From NCBI GenBank assembly GCA_018895015.1, contig JAHIOX010000015.1, positions 11,533 to 75,532 of the forward strand: DNA of 64,000 nucleotides, in the 5' to 3' direction. The position numbers and the translations under genes are program-made. Each line of letters starts with the position of its first letter. Position 1 is the stretch's first letter. The notes below the pieces were generated by a model. It saw only the letters and a program-made list of their open reading frames with translations, had not been told where the DNA came from and made no database searches. The DNA comes from Patescibacteria group bacterium (GTDB lineage Bacteria > Patescibacteriota > Minisyncoccia > UBA9983). Shown one piece after another: positions 23,794 through 33,587 of the stretch.

Positions 23794-24189
23794 TTATTTC
23801 AACTCAACAGCCGCTCCGGCTGCCTCTAATTTTGCTTTTAATTCCTCGGCTGTTTTTTTATCCGCCCCTTCTTTTACAACGATAGGAGCTCCATCAGCCA
23901 TATCTTTAGCTTCCTTAAGTCCAAGGCTCAATGCGTCTCTTAAAACTTTGATTACTTGAATTTTTTGCTCGCCAGAACTCTTAAGATGGACATTAAAAGA
24001 TTCTTTTTCTTCTCCGACGCTCGCCTCTAGCGCAGTCGGAGCTCCGACTGCGAATGTCGGAGCCGCTGCCGAAACTCCAAATTTCTCCTCCAATAATTTT
24101 ACAAGCTCCGACAAATCAAGAACGCTCATTGATTCTATTTTTTCAACAATATCCTTGAATTTTGCCGGGGTTTTTATTTCTTCTGCCAT
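23794..24189 (-). CDS. rplL: 50S ribosomal protein L7/L12
   Basis: Canonical L7/L12 N-terminal dimerisation and C-terminal domain (SVLDLSELVKLLEEKFGVSAAAP...). Confidence 0.9.
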   Translation of the reverse strand: MAEEIKTPAKFKDIVEKIESMSVLDLSELVKLLEEKFGVSAAAPTFAVGAPTALEASVGEEKESFNVHLKSSGEQKIQVIKVLRDALSLGLKEAKDMADGAPIVVKEGADKKTAEELKAKLEAAGAAVELK

Positions 24190-24195
24190 AATTTT

Positions 24196-24735
24196 TTAAT
24201 TTTTTCCGCCCGAGGCGGATCCGCCTTTGGCGGAAATTTTACCCAATACGCTGACTAAATTTCTCATAATGCCGTTTAAGGCCACGACCACGCCCTTTCT
24301 CGGCGAATTAATAATATTAACTAACTGCCCCAATAAAACCTCCCTTGATGGAATATTTGCCAACTTAATTACTGTTTGAGAATCTATGTACTCATTCTCA
24401 AACACACCTCCTAAAAATTTTATTGTTTTATTCTTTTTCGCGAATTCATTTAGAATTTTTGCCGCCGCAATCGGATCATTCTGCGCGAAAGCCAAAGCTG
24501 CCTCGCCTTCTAATTCCGGAATTTGACCTGAAAAACCAAGCTTTTCCAAGGCTTTTTTAATAAGTGTTTTCTTGGAGACTAAAAAACGCGCTCCAGAAGC
24601 CCTTAGAGATTTCCTTAATTCACTCAAAGAAGCCACGCTCAGGCCATGAAAATTCACAAAAATTGAAATCTTGGATTCTCCAAATCCTTTTTCTAAATCT
24701 TTTAATATTTCTTGTTTTTTTTCTTTTGTAATCAT
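24196..24735 (-). CDS. rplJ: 50S ribosomal protein L10
   Basis: L10 family, immediately upstream of rplL. About 160-nt leader upstream (24736-24896). Confidence 0.85.
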   Translation of the reverse strand: MITKEKKQEILKDLEKGFGESKISIFVNFHGLSVASLSELRKSLRASGARFLVSKKTLIKKALEKLGFSGQIPELEGEAALAFAQNDPIAAAKILNEFAKKNKTIKFLGGVFENEYIDSQTVIKLANIPSREVLLGQLVNIINSPRKGVVVALNGIMRNLVSVLGKISAKGGSASGGKN

Positions 24736-24896
24736 AATATCGCTTCACTCTTTAATTTTCAACAAAAATACGGCCAATAATAGCCGCGAAAAATCTTCTA
24801 CCTCAACAGGACTTATAATGCCTGCTTTCTACGGCTTATTTTTTAGTATATATCCCTCAAAAAAATATGTCAACTAAAACAGGCATGGCCAAACAC

Positions 24897-25592
24897 TTAT
24901 TCCCTTACCGCGCAATGATCAAAATAAGGACTTGCCATGCGGCAAAAGCTCGCGAGTTTTTCTGAAGAATAAGATTTTTCTTCCTTAAACGCGGAATCCA
25001 AAGTTTTCTCATTCCGAAACCGCTGTAAAAAATACCTCTTGCTTCCTTTAAGCCATCGCGAAATATCCAAGATATCTTCTTTGTCATGAAATCGCGGCAA
25101 AACAGTAGTGCGAAATTCATAATCATCCATGTCCATTATCAATCGAACACTCCTTTCAATGTTGTCTAAGTCTACTTTACTATTGGACAATAGCGAATAT
25201 TTTTCTAAAGGACATTTTATATCCATCGCGACATAATCAACTTTGCCGCCGCTAATTAATTTTTCCAGCACTTGCGGGTTGCTGCCATTCGTATCCAGCT
25301 TTACTAAAAAACCCAGATCTTTTATCGCATTGATAAATTCGGGCAAATCCTTTTGAATTGTCGGTTCCCCTCCGGTTATACAAACGCCGTCCAGCATGCC
25401 GACGCGGTCAGACAAAAAATCAAAAAGATACTCTTCTGAAACAACAAATTTTTCTTCCGTTTTTGCCGGCTGAACCAATTCCGGGTTATGGCAAAAAGGG
25501 CAGGAAAAATTACACCCGACCGTAAAAACAGTCGCCGCGATTTTGCCCGGATAATCAATAACGGTAAATTTTTGAAGCCCGCCAATGAACAT
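24897..25592 (-). CDS. nrdG: Anaerobic ribonucleoside-triphosphate reductase activating protein (radical SAM)
   Basis: Radical SAM cluster motif CNFSCPFCHNPE near the N-terminus. Overlaps the nrdD stop by 1 nt. Confidence 0.8.
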   Translation of the reverse strand: MFIGGLQKFTVIDYPGKIAATVFTVGCNFSCPFCHNPELVQPAKTEEKFVVSEEYLFDFLSDRVGMLDGVCITGGEPTIQKDLPEFINAIKDLGFLVKLDTNGSNPQVLEKLISGGKVDYVAMDIKCPLEKYSLLSNSKVDLDNIERSVRLIMDMDDYEFRTTVLPRFHDKEDILDISRWLKGSKRYFLQRFRNEKTLDSAFKEEKSYSSEKLASFCRMASPYFDHCAVRE

Positions 25593-27703
25593 TATACCTT
25601 AAATTTTTTCCTATTTTTAAATTCTTCTTGCTTGCCCGGGTTCCACTGTAGCACCGGCCTTATGTATCCCACAATGCGCGAGTAAACCTCGCATGGTTGC
25701 TGAATAAGGCAATTCGGGCACAAAAAGTGCTCTCCGGCTATATAGCCGTGGTTCGGGCATACGCTAAAAGTAGGGGTAACGGTTAGATACGGGAGGCTGT
25801 ATTTTGAAAAAACCTTTTTGAGCAAAACTTTTACTGACTCGGGATTATCAATTTTTTCGCCTAAAAATACATGCAAAACCGTTCCGCCCGTATATTTTGA
25901 CTGAAGATTGTCTTGAAGCTCCAAAACCGAAAAAATATCTTCGCTGAACCCGACTGGCAATTGCGAAGAATTGGTGTAATATAGCTCTTTTTCGCCGGCT
26001 GTAATAATATCAGGATATTTTTCTTTGTCTTTTTTCGCCAAACGATAACTGGCTCCTTCGGCCGGCGTAGCTTCCAAATTATACATATTGCCTGTTTCTT
26101 CTTGATATTTTACCAATTTATCTCTCATAAAATCTAAAATTTCAGAAGCGAATTTTTGGCCGGATGAAGTAGAAATGTCTTTATCAATAAAATTAAGAAG
26201 CGCTTCATTCATGCCAACAAGGCCTATTGTTGAAAAATGGTTAGCCCAATAGGTCCCTCTCATTTTTTTAACAGACTCCAAATAATATTTTGAATAAGGA
26301 TAAAGTCCTCTTTCAATATAATTATCCAAAACTTTTCTCTTGATCTCCAAGCTATCCCTTGATAAATCCATTAAATGCCCGAGCCGTCCGAAAAAATCTT
26401 TTTTTGTCTTTGAAAGATAGCCGATTTGCGGAAGATTAATAGTTACAACACCAATGCTTCCGGTAAGCGGCGCGGATCCGAAAAGTCCTCCGCCTCTTTT
26501 GTATAATTCCCTATTGTCCAAGCGCAACCGGCAACACATACTTCGCGCGTCATCAACATCCATCTCCGAATTGATAAAATTTGCAAAATAAGGAACACCG
26601 TATTTCGCTGTAAGTTCCCAAATGCCCTGCAAGGCCGGATTGTCCCAATCAAAATCTTTAGTTATGTTATAAGTTGGTATTGGAAAAGTAAACACGCGCC
26701 CTTTGGCATCGCCCAAAAGCATCACTTCGGCAAAAGCCCTGTTAAAAATATCCATCTCGTCTTGGAATTCGCCGTATGTTTCATTTTGCGGAATTCCGCC
26801 GATAATAACCGCCTGGTTCGCCAAATGCGCCGGCGGCTTAATATCAAGCGTTACATTTAAAAATGGCGTCTGAAAACCGACTCGCGTTGGAATGGCGCAA
26901 TTAAAAATGAATTCCTGAATCGCCTGCTTTACCTGCTGATAAGTAAGATTGTCATTCCGTATAAAAGGCGCCAGCAGAGTATCAAAATTGCTGATTGCCT
27001 GGGCGCCGGCTGATTCGCCCTGCAAAGTATAGAAAAAATTAACTAATTGCCCCAAAGCGGTCCGCAAATGTTTTGCGGGCTTTGATTCCACTTTGCCCGG
27101 GACGCCTCCAAACCCCCTGTAAAGCAAATCAAAAAGATCCCATCCGCAACAATACGGCCCCAAAAAATCCAAATCATGGACATGGAACGCTCCTCCGTTA
27201 ATCGCGTCCCTTATTTCTTTTGGGTAAATTTTATTCAGCCAGTATTTTTTGCTGACCGCGGAAACAATATAATGGTGCAGTCCCTGAAGAGAAAAAGACA
27301 TGTTGGCGTTTTCTCTAATCTGCCAATCCAAATCGCCGATATATTTATCCACCATTTCCAAACTCTCATCAATGGCTGTTTTTGCCTCGCGTATGCGCCG
27401 ATGCTGCTCTCTGTACAAGATATAAGCCTTGGCAGTTTCAACATGATTTTCTAAAATCAAAACTTCTTCAACAATATCCTGAATTTCTTCCACTTTTACG
27501 GTATCCTCGTTTCTAAAACGCTTATTTATCAAGTTAACAACCTTGCCTGAAATAAGCTTTGATTCTTTGCCGTCGCCTTCGCCTGAAGCGGTTAACGCTT
27601 TATGTATCGCCTTTTCAATTTTGCTTTGGTCAAAATCAACAATTCTCCCGTCTCTTTTTTCAATTTTTTTAAGAGTTTTGGATTTTTTAACGGCTTTTTT
27701 CAT
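25592..27703 (-). CDS. nrdD: Anaerobic ribonucleoside-triphosphate reductase (class III)
   Basis: N-terminal ATP-cone. Catalytic region. C-terminal zinc ribbon CPNHGY...CPNC and glycyl-radical motif RIVGYIRPV. Confidence 0.85.
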   Translation of the reverse strand: MKKAVKKSKTLKKIEKRDGRIVDFDQSKIEKAIHKALTASGEGDGKESKLISGKVVNLINKRFRNEDTVKVEEIQDIVEEVLILENHVETAKAYILYREQHRRIREAKTAIDESLEMVDKYIGDLDWQIRENANMSFSLQGLHHYIVSAVSKKYWLNKIYPKEIRDAINGGAFHVHDLDFLGPYCCGWDLFDLLYRGFGGVPGKVESKPAKHLRTALGQLVNFFYTLQGESAGAQAISNFDTLLAPFIRNDNLTYQQVKQAIQEFIFNCAIPTRVGFQTPFLNVTLDIKPPAHLANQAVIIGGIPQNETYGEFQDEMDIFNRAFAEVMLLGDAKGRVFTFPIPTYNITKDFDWDNPALQGIWELTAKYGVPYFANFINSEMDVDDARSMCCRLRLDNRELYKRGGGLFGSAPLTGSIGVVTINLPQIGYLSKTKKDFFGRLGHLMDLSRDSLEIKRKVLDNYIERGLYPYSKYYLESVKKMRGTYWANHFSTIGLVGMNEALLNFIDKDISTSSGQKFASEILDFMRDKLVKYQEETGNMYNLEATPAEGASYRLAKKDKEKYPDIITAGEKELYYTNSSQLPVGFSEDIFSVLELQDNLQSKYTGGTVLHVFLGEKIDNPESVKVLLKKVFSKYSLPYLTVTPTFSVCPNHGYIAGEHFLCPNCLIQQPCEVYSRIVGYIRPVLQWNPGKQEEFKNRKKFKV

Positions 27704-27760
27704 ATAGTGTCTTCATCATAATTCATAAAACCAAAAAAGGGAAATTGTGGATAAAAAAGA

Positions 27761-30163
27761 TTAGACGCTATATCTTTGATGTAATTCAGCTTCTATTTCC
27801 GCCCGCGGGCGGCCGTATTTAAGAGACGAAAGTTTTGCGATTTCCTCGCCATCAGCAATCTCTCCTTTTTGAAACGGGCTTGTCTGCATACTGAACGGCC
27901 TTGATGTCTGGCCGTCAATCAAAACCTTGAGACAAGCGTTATAATTATCAATATTTATAAGGTCGTAAGAATTAAAAACCGGCTCAAATTGCTTTTGCAA
28001 AACTTCAGCGTCTTCAGCGCCAACTCTAAAAGCTACGATTGAGCCGACATTGCCGAAAATCGCCTTTTTAATATTTTCCTCAAGCTGGCCGATAAATTGA
28101 TGCGCGATTGCCAGATTTAATTTATACTTGCGCGCCTCGGATAAAATGGTGGCAATGGAATCGGTAGTGACATTATGAAATTCATCAATATACAAATAGA
28201 AATCCCTGCGTTTTTCTTCCGGCATGTCTACGCGCGAAAGCGACGCCATCAAAATTTTGCCCACAATAATCAAGCCAAGCAAATTAGCGTTCAAGTCGCC
28301 CAATCTGCCCTTTGAAAGATTGATTAAAAGTATTTTGCCCTCGTCCATCGCCTGCCTGAAATTAAACGCGGATTTTTCCTGAATTATTATCGGGCGCATG
28401 ATTTCGTTTGACAAGAAATTGTCAAATTTGCTGGTAATATACGGGACCATATTTTGCAAAGAAGCTTCCCCGCCGGCTTTTTCCGCTACATCCCTCCAGA
28501 AATTTTTTACAAGAGGATTGGCGCAAAGAGACAATTTCCGGTCGCGGAAATTTTTGTCGCTCAAAACCCTTTCCACGTCCAACAAGCTGTTCCCGGAAGA
28601 AACATCGTCCATGACCAGCATCACCGAATTTCTAAAATACTGTTCAAACATCGGTCCGCCGGCAGTCTTCATGTCAAAAAGCTTGTTAAAAATTCCGAGT
28701 AATTCATTAACAATAAACGTTTTTTGCTCCGGATGGCTTTGGTCATACTCCAGCATATTCAATCCCATCGGCCGTTCAATATTGCCCGGGTCAAAATAAA
28801 TTACATCTTCCGCTCTGGATGGCGGAATTCGCGATAAAATATCCTGAATGTCAGAGCCGTGCGGGTCAATAAAACAAATTCCTTTGCCCGCCTCAATGTC
28901 CTGGACAATCATATTTTTAAGAAGCACGGATTTGCCGGTGCCTGTCTGTCCGATAGCGTAAATGTGCCTTCGGCGGTCGTCGTCTTTTATATAAACATCG
29001 GAAATTTCTCCGCGATAAATATTTTTGCCTAGCAAAAGCCCTGATTCCGGCAAACTTAATGGCGGAGGCGCTTCTTTTGTTTTTAAATATTTAAGCTTAG
29101 GCGCCGCAGATGAAGCTATGCCAAGCGGAAAATGAAAAATAGTGGCAAGTTCCGCCGCGTTTAACTGTATCGCGTTTTTCGCGTCCGGTAATCTGAAAGA
29201 AAATTTATAAAAAAGACTTTTTAATTTTCTTCCGCGCGGAACAATAAATTCAAATCCGTTTCCTTGCGCTTCTTTAAATTGCAAAAACGCGCTTTTTAAT
29301 TCCGCTAAAATAGAATTCGCCCTTTCTTTGCTCGTTGAAGAAGCAAGAAGGCGGATATTGGCTTGCATCATTTGGCGGGACGCTTTAGACTCAAGCAGTT
29401 TTACCAGCTCTTCGTCAACCGATTTTTGGCCTGATTCATTTTTTCTCGCGTCCTTGCCTGAACCGAATATAAAATTCCACAATTCGCCAAGCATGCTCTT
29501 CCAAAAACTTTCATATCCGCGCAGCGCATCGGACAATGATTCGCCCTTGCGAACCTCTGAAACAACCATTTTCGCCTTTTTAATGATCTCTTCATTTGAC
29601 GGCGAAAGTATTATTTGCAAAGCGGCGCCTTCTCCGTCTTTCTGTAATTTTGAAAAAGTATTTATAGCCACCTGCAAAGGGTCGGACTCAAACCTGTCAT
29701 ACGTTCTAATCGGCAGAACATCCTCTCGGTTTAACCTGGCAAAAGATCCCGCCGAAAAACCGTCCGGTTTAAAAATATTATAATCGTCTTTTTTAACAGA
29801 AACGCCGGCAAAAGGGAAAAGCCCGTTAACAAGCTTTTCAAAAAGCTGATTTTGGCTTTTTTCCACGGCCGCGTAAAAAACCAATTCCTGCCCCTTGGCA
29901 GGCAACCCGATTTCAAGCGCGTAATAACTTTCTACCGCGGCCATTCCGCTGTAAAACTGCTCCATAACCGATATCAATTCTTTAAAGCTTTTATCGCCAT
30001 CTTTCGGCTTTTCATGCGGCAAAGTTATTTCATAAAGCACAAAATTAAGAGAACGAAGAACCTTGCCACGCTCGTTTTTACGCCAGAAAAAAACAACCAA
30101 CAGCGTTCCGCCGATAAAAATTACGGCGGAAAAAAGATAAAAATAGAAAAAAAATTCAAACAT
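27761..30163 (-). CDS. VirD4/TraG/TraD-like coupling-protein-family P-loop ATPase with N-terminal TM anchor and large N-terminal domain
   Basis: N-terminal TM (FYFYLFSAVIFIGGTLLVVFFW). Walker A GQTGTGKSV. Walker B YLYIDEFHNV followed by RKYKLNLAIAHQFIGQL. Paralogous to the CDS at 1518-3227 (same motif order, about 40% local identity by eye). Confidence 0.5.
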   Translation of the reverse strand: MFEFFFYFYLFSAVIFIGGTLLVVFFWRKNERGKVLRSLNFVLYEITLPHEKPKDGDKSFKELISVMEQFYSGMAAVESYYALEIGLPAKGQELVFYAAVEKSQNQLFEKLVNGLFPFAGVSVKKDDYNIFKPDGFSAGSFARLNREDVLPIRTYDRFESDPLQVAINTFSKLQKDGEGAALQIILSPSNEEIIKKAKMVVSEVRKGESLSDALRGYESFWKSMLGELWNFIFGSGKDARKNESGQKSVDEELVKLLESKASRQMMQANIRLLASSTSKERANSILAELKSAFLQFKEAQGNGFEFIVPRGRKLKSLFYKFSFRLPDAKNAIQLNAAELATIFHFPLGIASSAAPKLKYLKTKEAPPPLSLPESGLLLGKNIYRGEISDVYIKDDDRRRHIYAIGQTGTGKSVLLKNMIVQDIEAGKGICFIDPHGSDIQDILSRIPPSRAEDVIYFDPGNIERPMGLNMLEYDQSHPEQKTFIVNELLGIFNKLFDMKTAGGPMFEQYFRNSVMLVMDDVSSGNSLLDVERVLSDKNFRDRKLSLCANPLVKNFWRDVAEKAGGEASLQNMVPYITSKFDNFLSNEIMRPIIIQEKSAFNFRQAMDEGKILLINLSKGRLGDLNANLLGLIIVGKILMASLSRVDMPEEKRRDFYLYIDEFHNVTTDSIATILSEARKYKLNLAIAHQFIGQLEENIKKAIFGNVGSIVAFRVGAEDAEVLQKQFEPVFNSYDLINIDNYNACLKVLIDGQTSRPFSMQTSPFQKGEIADGEEIAKLSSLKYGRPRAEIEAELHQRYSV

Positions 30164-30581
30164 TGTAAGCGCCTTGAAAATATTTTATCAACGCGTCGTG
30201 AAAATCGTCTTCAAGATGCGGATTGTCTAAATGCCTGATTATGGAAATGGCATTCAAAATTCCTTTATCCTGCGCAATTTGCAATAATTCCAAAATTTGC
30301 CTTTGATGCGCTTCGGCTTCTGTCTCCGGGGAAGAAAATTTTAAGGCGGCGATCCGCTCGGCGCGCTCTTTTGCTTCGGACGGCGCGAAGCGCTGGCTTT
30401 CAGCCAAAACACTCTCCGGAGGTTTTTCTATGTGCTCCTTAATCGCTTCGCGAATAATTTCCGGCCGCTCCTTGTTGCCGGAAGATAATTCCAATTCCGC
30501 GATTCTTTTCTTTAGCGCCTCTATTTCCTGCCCGGCCGATTCAATTTTACCACTTTCTTCCATCAATAAATTATACCACAA
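30156..30581 (-). CDS. Coiled-coil protein (hypothetical), translationally coupled to the downstream ATPase gene
   Basis: Overlaps the 27761-30163 start by 8 nt. Helical/acidic composition. Confidence 0.4.
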   Translation of the reverse strand: MWYNLLMEESGKIESAGQEIEALKKRIAELELSSGNKERPEIIREAIKEHIEKPPESVLAESQRFAPSEAKERAERIAALKFSSPETEAEAHQRQILELLQIAQDKGILNAISIIRHLDNPHLEDDFHDALIKYFQGAYNV

Positions 30582-30796
30582 TCAAAAATAAACAAAATTT
30601 TTACGGCCAAGCGTTTCTTTCTGCTTCATATTTCTCCTTTTCTTGTTCATTTTTAATATATTCGGATTTCAGATGCCAACGCCATGAATTGGTATTACCC
30701 AAAAATAAATCCACCATGTCCGGCGTAATATCAGCCGGTAATTTTTCATGCCAGCCATCCAGCGAATTTCCTATCGCGCCTTCAATAATCTGTTTT

Positions 30797-31033
30797 TCAT
30801 TTTCCTGAAAATTCTCCATTTTCTCCATATTCTTTTGTTGAGATATTTCTCTTGCTAAAAATAAAAATATAAAGAATCTCCAAAATAGCCAAAGTATTGA
30901 TTACCAAAAGGGCGATAAACCAATTTCTATGGCTGTTGCGCGCGGCCTTCCACAACGCCACGCCCTTCCATGGCAAAACCCATAATGCAACCAGTAAAAT
31001 GAGCCACTGATTTTGAATTAAAAATTGTTCCAT
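30797..31033 (-). CDS. Small two-TM membrane protein (hypothetical)
   Basis: Two hydrophobic helices (WLILLVALWVLPW, WFIALLVINTLAILEILYIFIF). Confidence 0.3.
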   Translation of the reverse strand: MEQFLIQNQWLILLVALWVLPWKGVALWKAARNSHRNWFIALLVINTLAILEILYIFIFSKRNISTKEYGENGEFSGK

Positions 31034-31062
31034 ATATTTTTATAATATCATAACCCAGCAAA

Positions 31063-31089
31063 AATAAAACACCCCGGCCAGCTTGTGGC
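31063..31089 (-). terminator. Rho-independent terminator after the response-regulator gene
   Basis: ccccggccagc ttgt gctggacgggg hairpin with one mismatch, followed on the minus strand by a T-run. Confidence 0.5.
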
Positions 31090-31116
31090 TGGACGGGGCT
31101 TCGGGTTATCAAGATG

Positions 31117-31539
31117 TCACCTTGATATAAGTAATTCTTTTATTTTTTCGCCGACACCGCGTATCGGCTTTAGGAGAAAAATGTCCGCGCCGGCGGCTAA
31201 GGCAAAACCTTTATTCTCTATGTTGCCGGACATGGCAATCATCAAGGGTGATGACTCCTTAAAACGGCCTGTCATCGCTAATATCTTAGGCAAACGATAT
31301 TTGCCTGCCAAAAATTTTAGCAAATCCAGCCCATCCATTTCCGGCATATTAATATCTGTCAAAATCACATCCGGTGGTGGAACAAATCTCAAAGAAGCAT
31401 CAATGTATTCCTTTGCTTCTTTGCCATTAGCGAAAACGACTACTTCAAAATCCTCGCCCTTAAGCAATTCCTCAAGGGCCGTCCTGATTCCTTCGTCGTC
31501 CTCAACGATAATAATAAAAAACTTTTTCTCTGTTTCCAT
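31117..31539 (-). CDS. Stand-alone response regulator receiver (CheY-like)
   Basis: Receiver motifs IIVEDDEGIR...DVILTDINMPEMDGL...KILAMTG. Start set at the second Met (METEKK), preceded 7 nt upstream by AAGGAGGA. Confidence 0.7.
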   Translation of the reverse strand: METEKKFFIIIVEDDEGIRTALEELLKGEDFEVVVFANGKEAKEYIDASLRFVPPPDVILTDINMPEMDGLDLLKFLAGKYRLPKILAMTGRFKESSPLMIAMSGNIENKGFALAAGADIFLLKPIRGVGEKIKELLISR

Positions 31540-31560
31540 CCAAAAATCCTCCTTGTTTTT

Positions 31561-31576
31561 TTCGCCAGCTGGCGAA
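31561..31576. promoter_or_regulatory. 16-bp perfect palindrome TTCGCCAGCTGGCGAA in the response-regulator 5' region (candidate operator)
   Basis: Sits between a TTGACA-17-TAATGT promoter-like element (minus strand, about 31600-31633) and the Shine-Dalgarno site of the receiver gene. Confidence 0.35.
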
Positions 31577-31685
31577 TTATTTTCAAATTTCAATATAAAT
31601 ATAACATTACACTAAATCATCTCTTTTGTCAATACATGTCTTGTTTTTTCCCTTATCATGCATTAAGATAAATTAAACAAAACAC

Positions 31686-32270
31686 ATGCTTAATTACAAT
31701 GAACTGAAGCCCGGAAAATACTTTATTTTGGACGACCATCCTTATCTTGTCATGGAATTTCATTTTTTAAGGATGCAGCAAAGAAAGCCCGTGGCGCAGA
31801 CAAAAATAAAAAATTTGATTACCGGCAAAACACTTGAAAAAACATTTCAGCAAACAGACAAATTTGAAGAAGCGGATATTAAAACAAAGCCGATAAAATA
31901 TCTGTATAATAATAAAGGGGAATTTTGGTTTTGCCCTGAAAAAAATCCAAGCGCCAGATTCAAACTGGAAGAATCATTGATAGAAAACAACGGCGATCTG
32001 ATGAAGCAAAATTCAATCGTGGACGCGCTTGTTTTTTCTCACAAAGGCAAAGAAGAAATAATCGGCGTTAATCTTCCGGTGAAAATTGAATTAAAAGTAA
32101 TTGAAGCTCCGCCATCCACAAAAGGAAACACGGCGCAAGGTGGAAATAAACAAGTCAAGCTGGAAACAGGCGCGATGATAAACGCGCCGCTTTTCATCAA
32201 CGAAGGAGATATAATTTCCATAAATACCCAGAACCGCGAGTATGTCGAGCGGTCGGAAAAGGGCCTATAG
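31686..32270 (+). CDS. efp: Elongation factor P
   Basis: EF-P three-domain architecture with a KPGK-type N-terminal loop region. 194 aa. Confidence 0.85.
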   Translation: MLNYNELKPGKYFILDDHPYLVMEFHFLRMQQRKPVAQTKIKNLITGKTLEKTFQQTDKFEEADIKTKPIKYLYNNKGEFWFCPEKNPSARFKLEESLIENNGDLMKQNSIVDALVFSHKGKEEIIGVNLPVKIELKVIEAPPSTKGNTAQGGNKQVKLETGAMINAPLFINEGDIISINTQNREYVERSEKGL

Positions 32271-32334
32271 TAAAGTGGCATTACGCTACATTCGCATTGT
32301 AGAGGCGGGAGTTCGATTCTCCCTAGGTCCACCA
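32261..32334 (+). tRNA. tRNA-Ala (anticodon CGC), CCA encoded; overlaps the efp stop codon
   Basis: GGGCCTATAGTAAAGTGGCATTACGCTACATTCGCATTGTAGAGGCGGGAGTTCGATTCTCCCTAGGTCCACCA. G3:U70 Ala identity pair present. Anticodon loop TTCGCAT. Confidence 0.8.
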
Positions 32335-32344
32335 GAATAAATTT

Positions 32345-32575
32345 ATGTGTTTAGCCATTCCGGGAAAAATAATTTCAATAAAAAAGCAAAACGCCACTGT
32401 TGATTTTAGAGGCATTAAAAAAGAGGTGGACATTTCTTTGGTCAGCGCCAAGCCGGGCGACTATGTTGTCGTTCACACCGGCTTCGCGGTCGGCAAATTG
32501 GATAAAAAATCCGCCAATGAATCCTACAAATACTTTGATGAATATATCAAAACAAAACACGGAAAAAATACTTGA
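32345..32575 (+). CDS. hypC: Hydrogenase maturation factor HypC
   Basis: N-terminal MCLAIPGKI signature of HypC/HupF. Confidence 0.8.
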   Translation: MCLAIPGKIISIKKQNATVDFRGIKKEVDISLVSAKPGDYVVVHTGFAVGKLDKKSANESYKYFDEYIKTKHGKNT

Positions 32576-33587
32576 TGAAATAAAAAAACTGGCGAAATCA
32601 ATAGGCCGCGAAACGCGGCTGATGGGACTTTGCGGAACTCATTCCCAAACCATCGCGCAATACGGCCTCAAAAACTTATTGCCGCGCAATATCAAACTGG
32701 TTGCCGGACCCGGATGCCCGGTTTGCGTCACCGCGCGCGAAGATATTGACGCGGTTATTGGATTGGCTTTAGCTGGAATGCCTTTGGCTGTTTACGGAGA
32801 CACATTAGCTGTTCCCGGCTCAACAGAAAGTCTTGAAAACGCCAGGCAAAAAGGCGCGGATATTAAAATAATTTATTCCATCAAAGAGGCGCTGAAAGAA
32901 CAAAAAATAAAACCCGACTTGGTTTTTTTCGGAGTCGGATTTGAAACAACGGCACCCATGACAGCTTGGGCTATAAAACAAGGATTGCGCGTTTACAGCG
33001 CCCATAAATTTTTCCCGCCGGCAATGGCCGCGCTTTTAAAAAACAAAAAAATTAAAATTGACGGACTTATAGACCCAGGGCATGTGAGCGCGATTATCGG
33101 CGAATCTCCATATAAAAAATTTGAAATTCCGCAAGTAATTACCGGATTTGAACCGGAAGATGTCTTAATGGCGGTTTTGATGCTGCTAAATCAAATCGCT
33201 GAAGGCAAACGCGATCTTGAAAACGAATACGGCCGCGTGGTAAAAAAAAATGGAAACGAGAAAGCGGTAAATTTAATCAATGAAGTTTTTGAGCAATGCG
33301 ACGCCGAATGGCGCGGCATAGGCCTGATAAAAAATTCCGGAATGAAAATAAGAAAAAAATATTCCGCTTGCGACGCCAAAATAAAATATCGCCGGACAAT
33401 CGCAGAAATTTTATCGCGGACAAAAACCAAAAAAACTGCCTGCAGATGCGGAGAAATATTGCAAGGGTTAATTGAACCGAACCAATGCCCTTTATTTAAA
33501 AAAATCTGCGCCCCGGAAAATCCTTTCGGCGCATGCATGGTTTCAATTGAAGGAACCTGTAATATAGAATATAAATATGCGCGCTAA
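32538..33587 (+). CDS. hypD: Hydrogenase maturation factor HypD
   Basis: GLCGTHSQ and GPGCPVCVT motifs plus C-terminal CxxC-rich region. Start chosen at ATG 32538 (MNISKQNTEKILDEIKK), aligning with the HypD N-terminus. The ORF-track start at 32400 is an upstream extension. Confidence 0.8.
   Translation: MNISKQNTEKILDEIKKLAKSIGRETRLMGLCGTHSQTIAQYGLKNLLPRNIKLVAGPGCPVCVTAREDIDAVIGLALAGMPLAVYGDTLAVPGSTESLENARQKGADIKIIYSIKEALKEQKIKPDLVFFGVGFETTAPMTAWAIKQGLRVYSAHKFFPPAMAALLKNKKIKIDGLIDPGHVSAIIGESPYKKFEIPQVITGFEPEDVLMAVLMLLNQIAEGKRDLENEYGRVVKKNGNEKAVNLINEVFEQCDAEWRGIGLIKNSGMKIRKKYSACDAKIKYRRTIAEILSRTKTKKTACRCGEILQGLIEPNQCPLFKKICAPENPFGACMVSIEGTCNIEYKYAR

Noticed and set aside
24736-24896. Possible L10 (rplJ) autoregulatory leader RNA
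   Set aside because: A 160-nt untranslated region upstream of rplJ is at the right place for one, but I could not recognise the conserved L10-leader kink-turn motif by eye, so I do not report it as a feature.
32400-32537. hypD starting at 32400 (ORF-track start), overlapping most of hypC in another frame
   Set aside because: HypD homology (EKILDEIKKL...GLCGTHSQ) starts at ATG 32538. The upstream extension has no homology and would overlap hypC by 176 nt.
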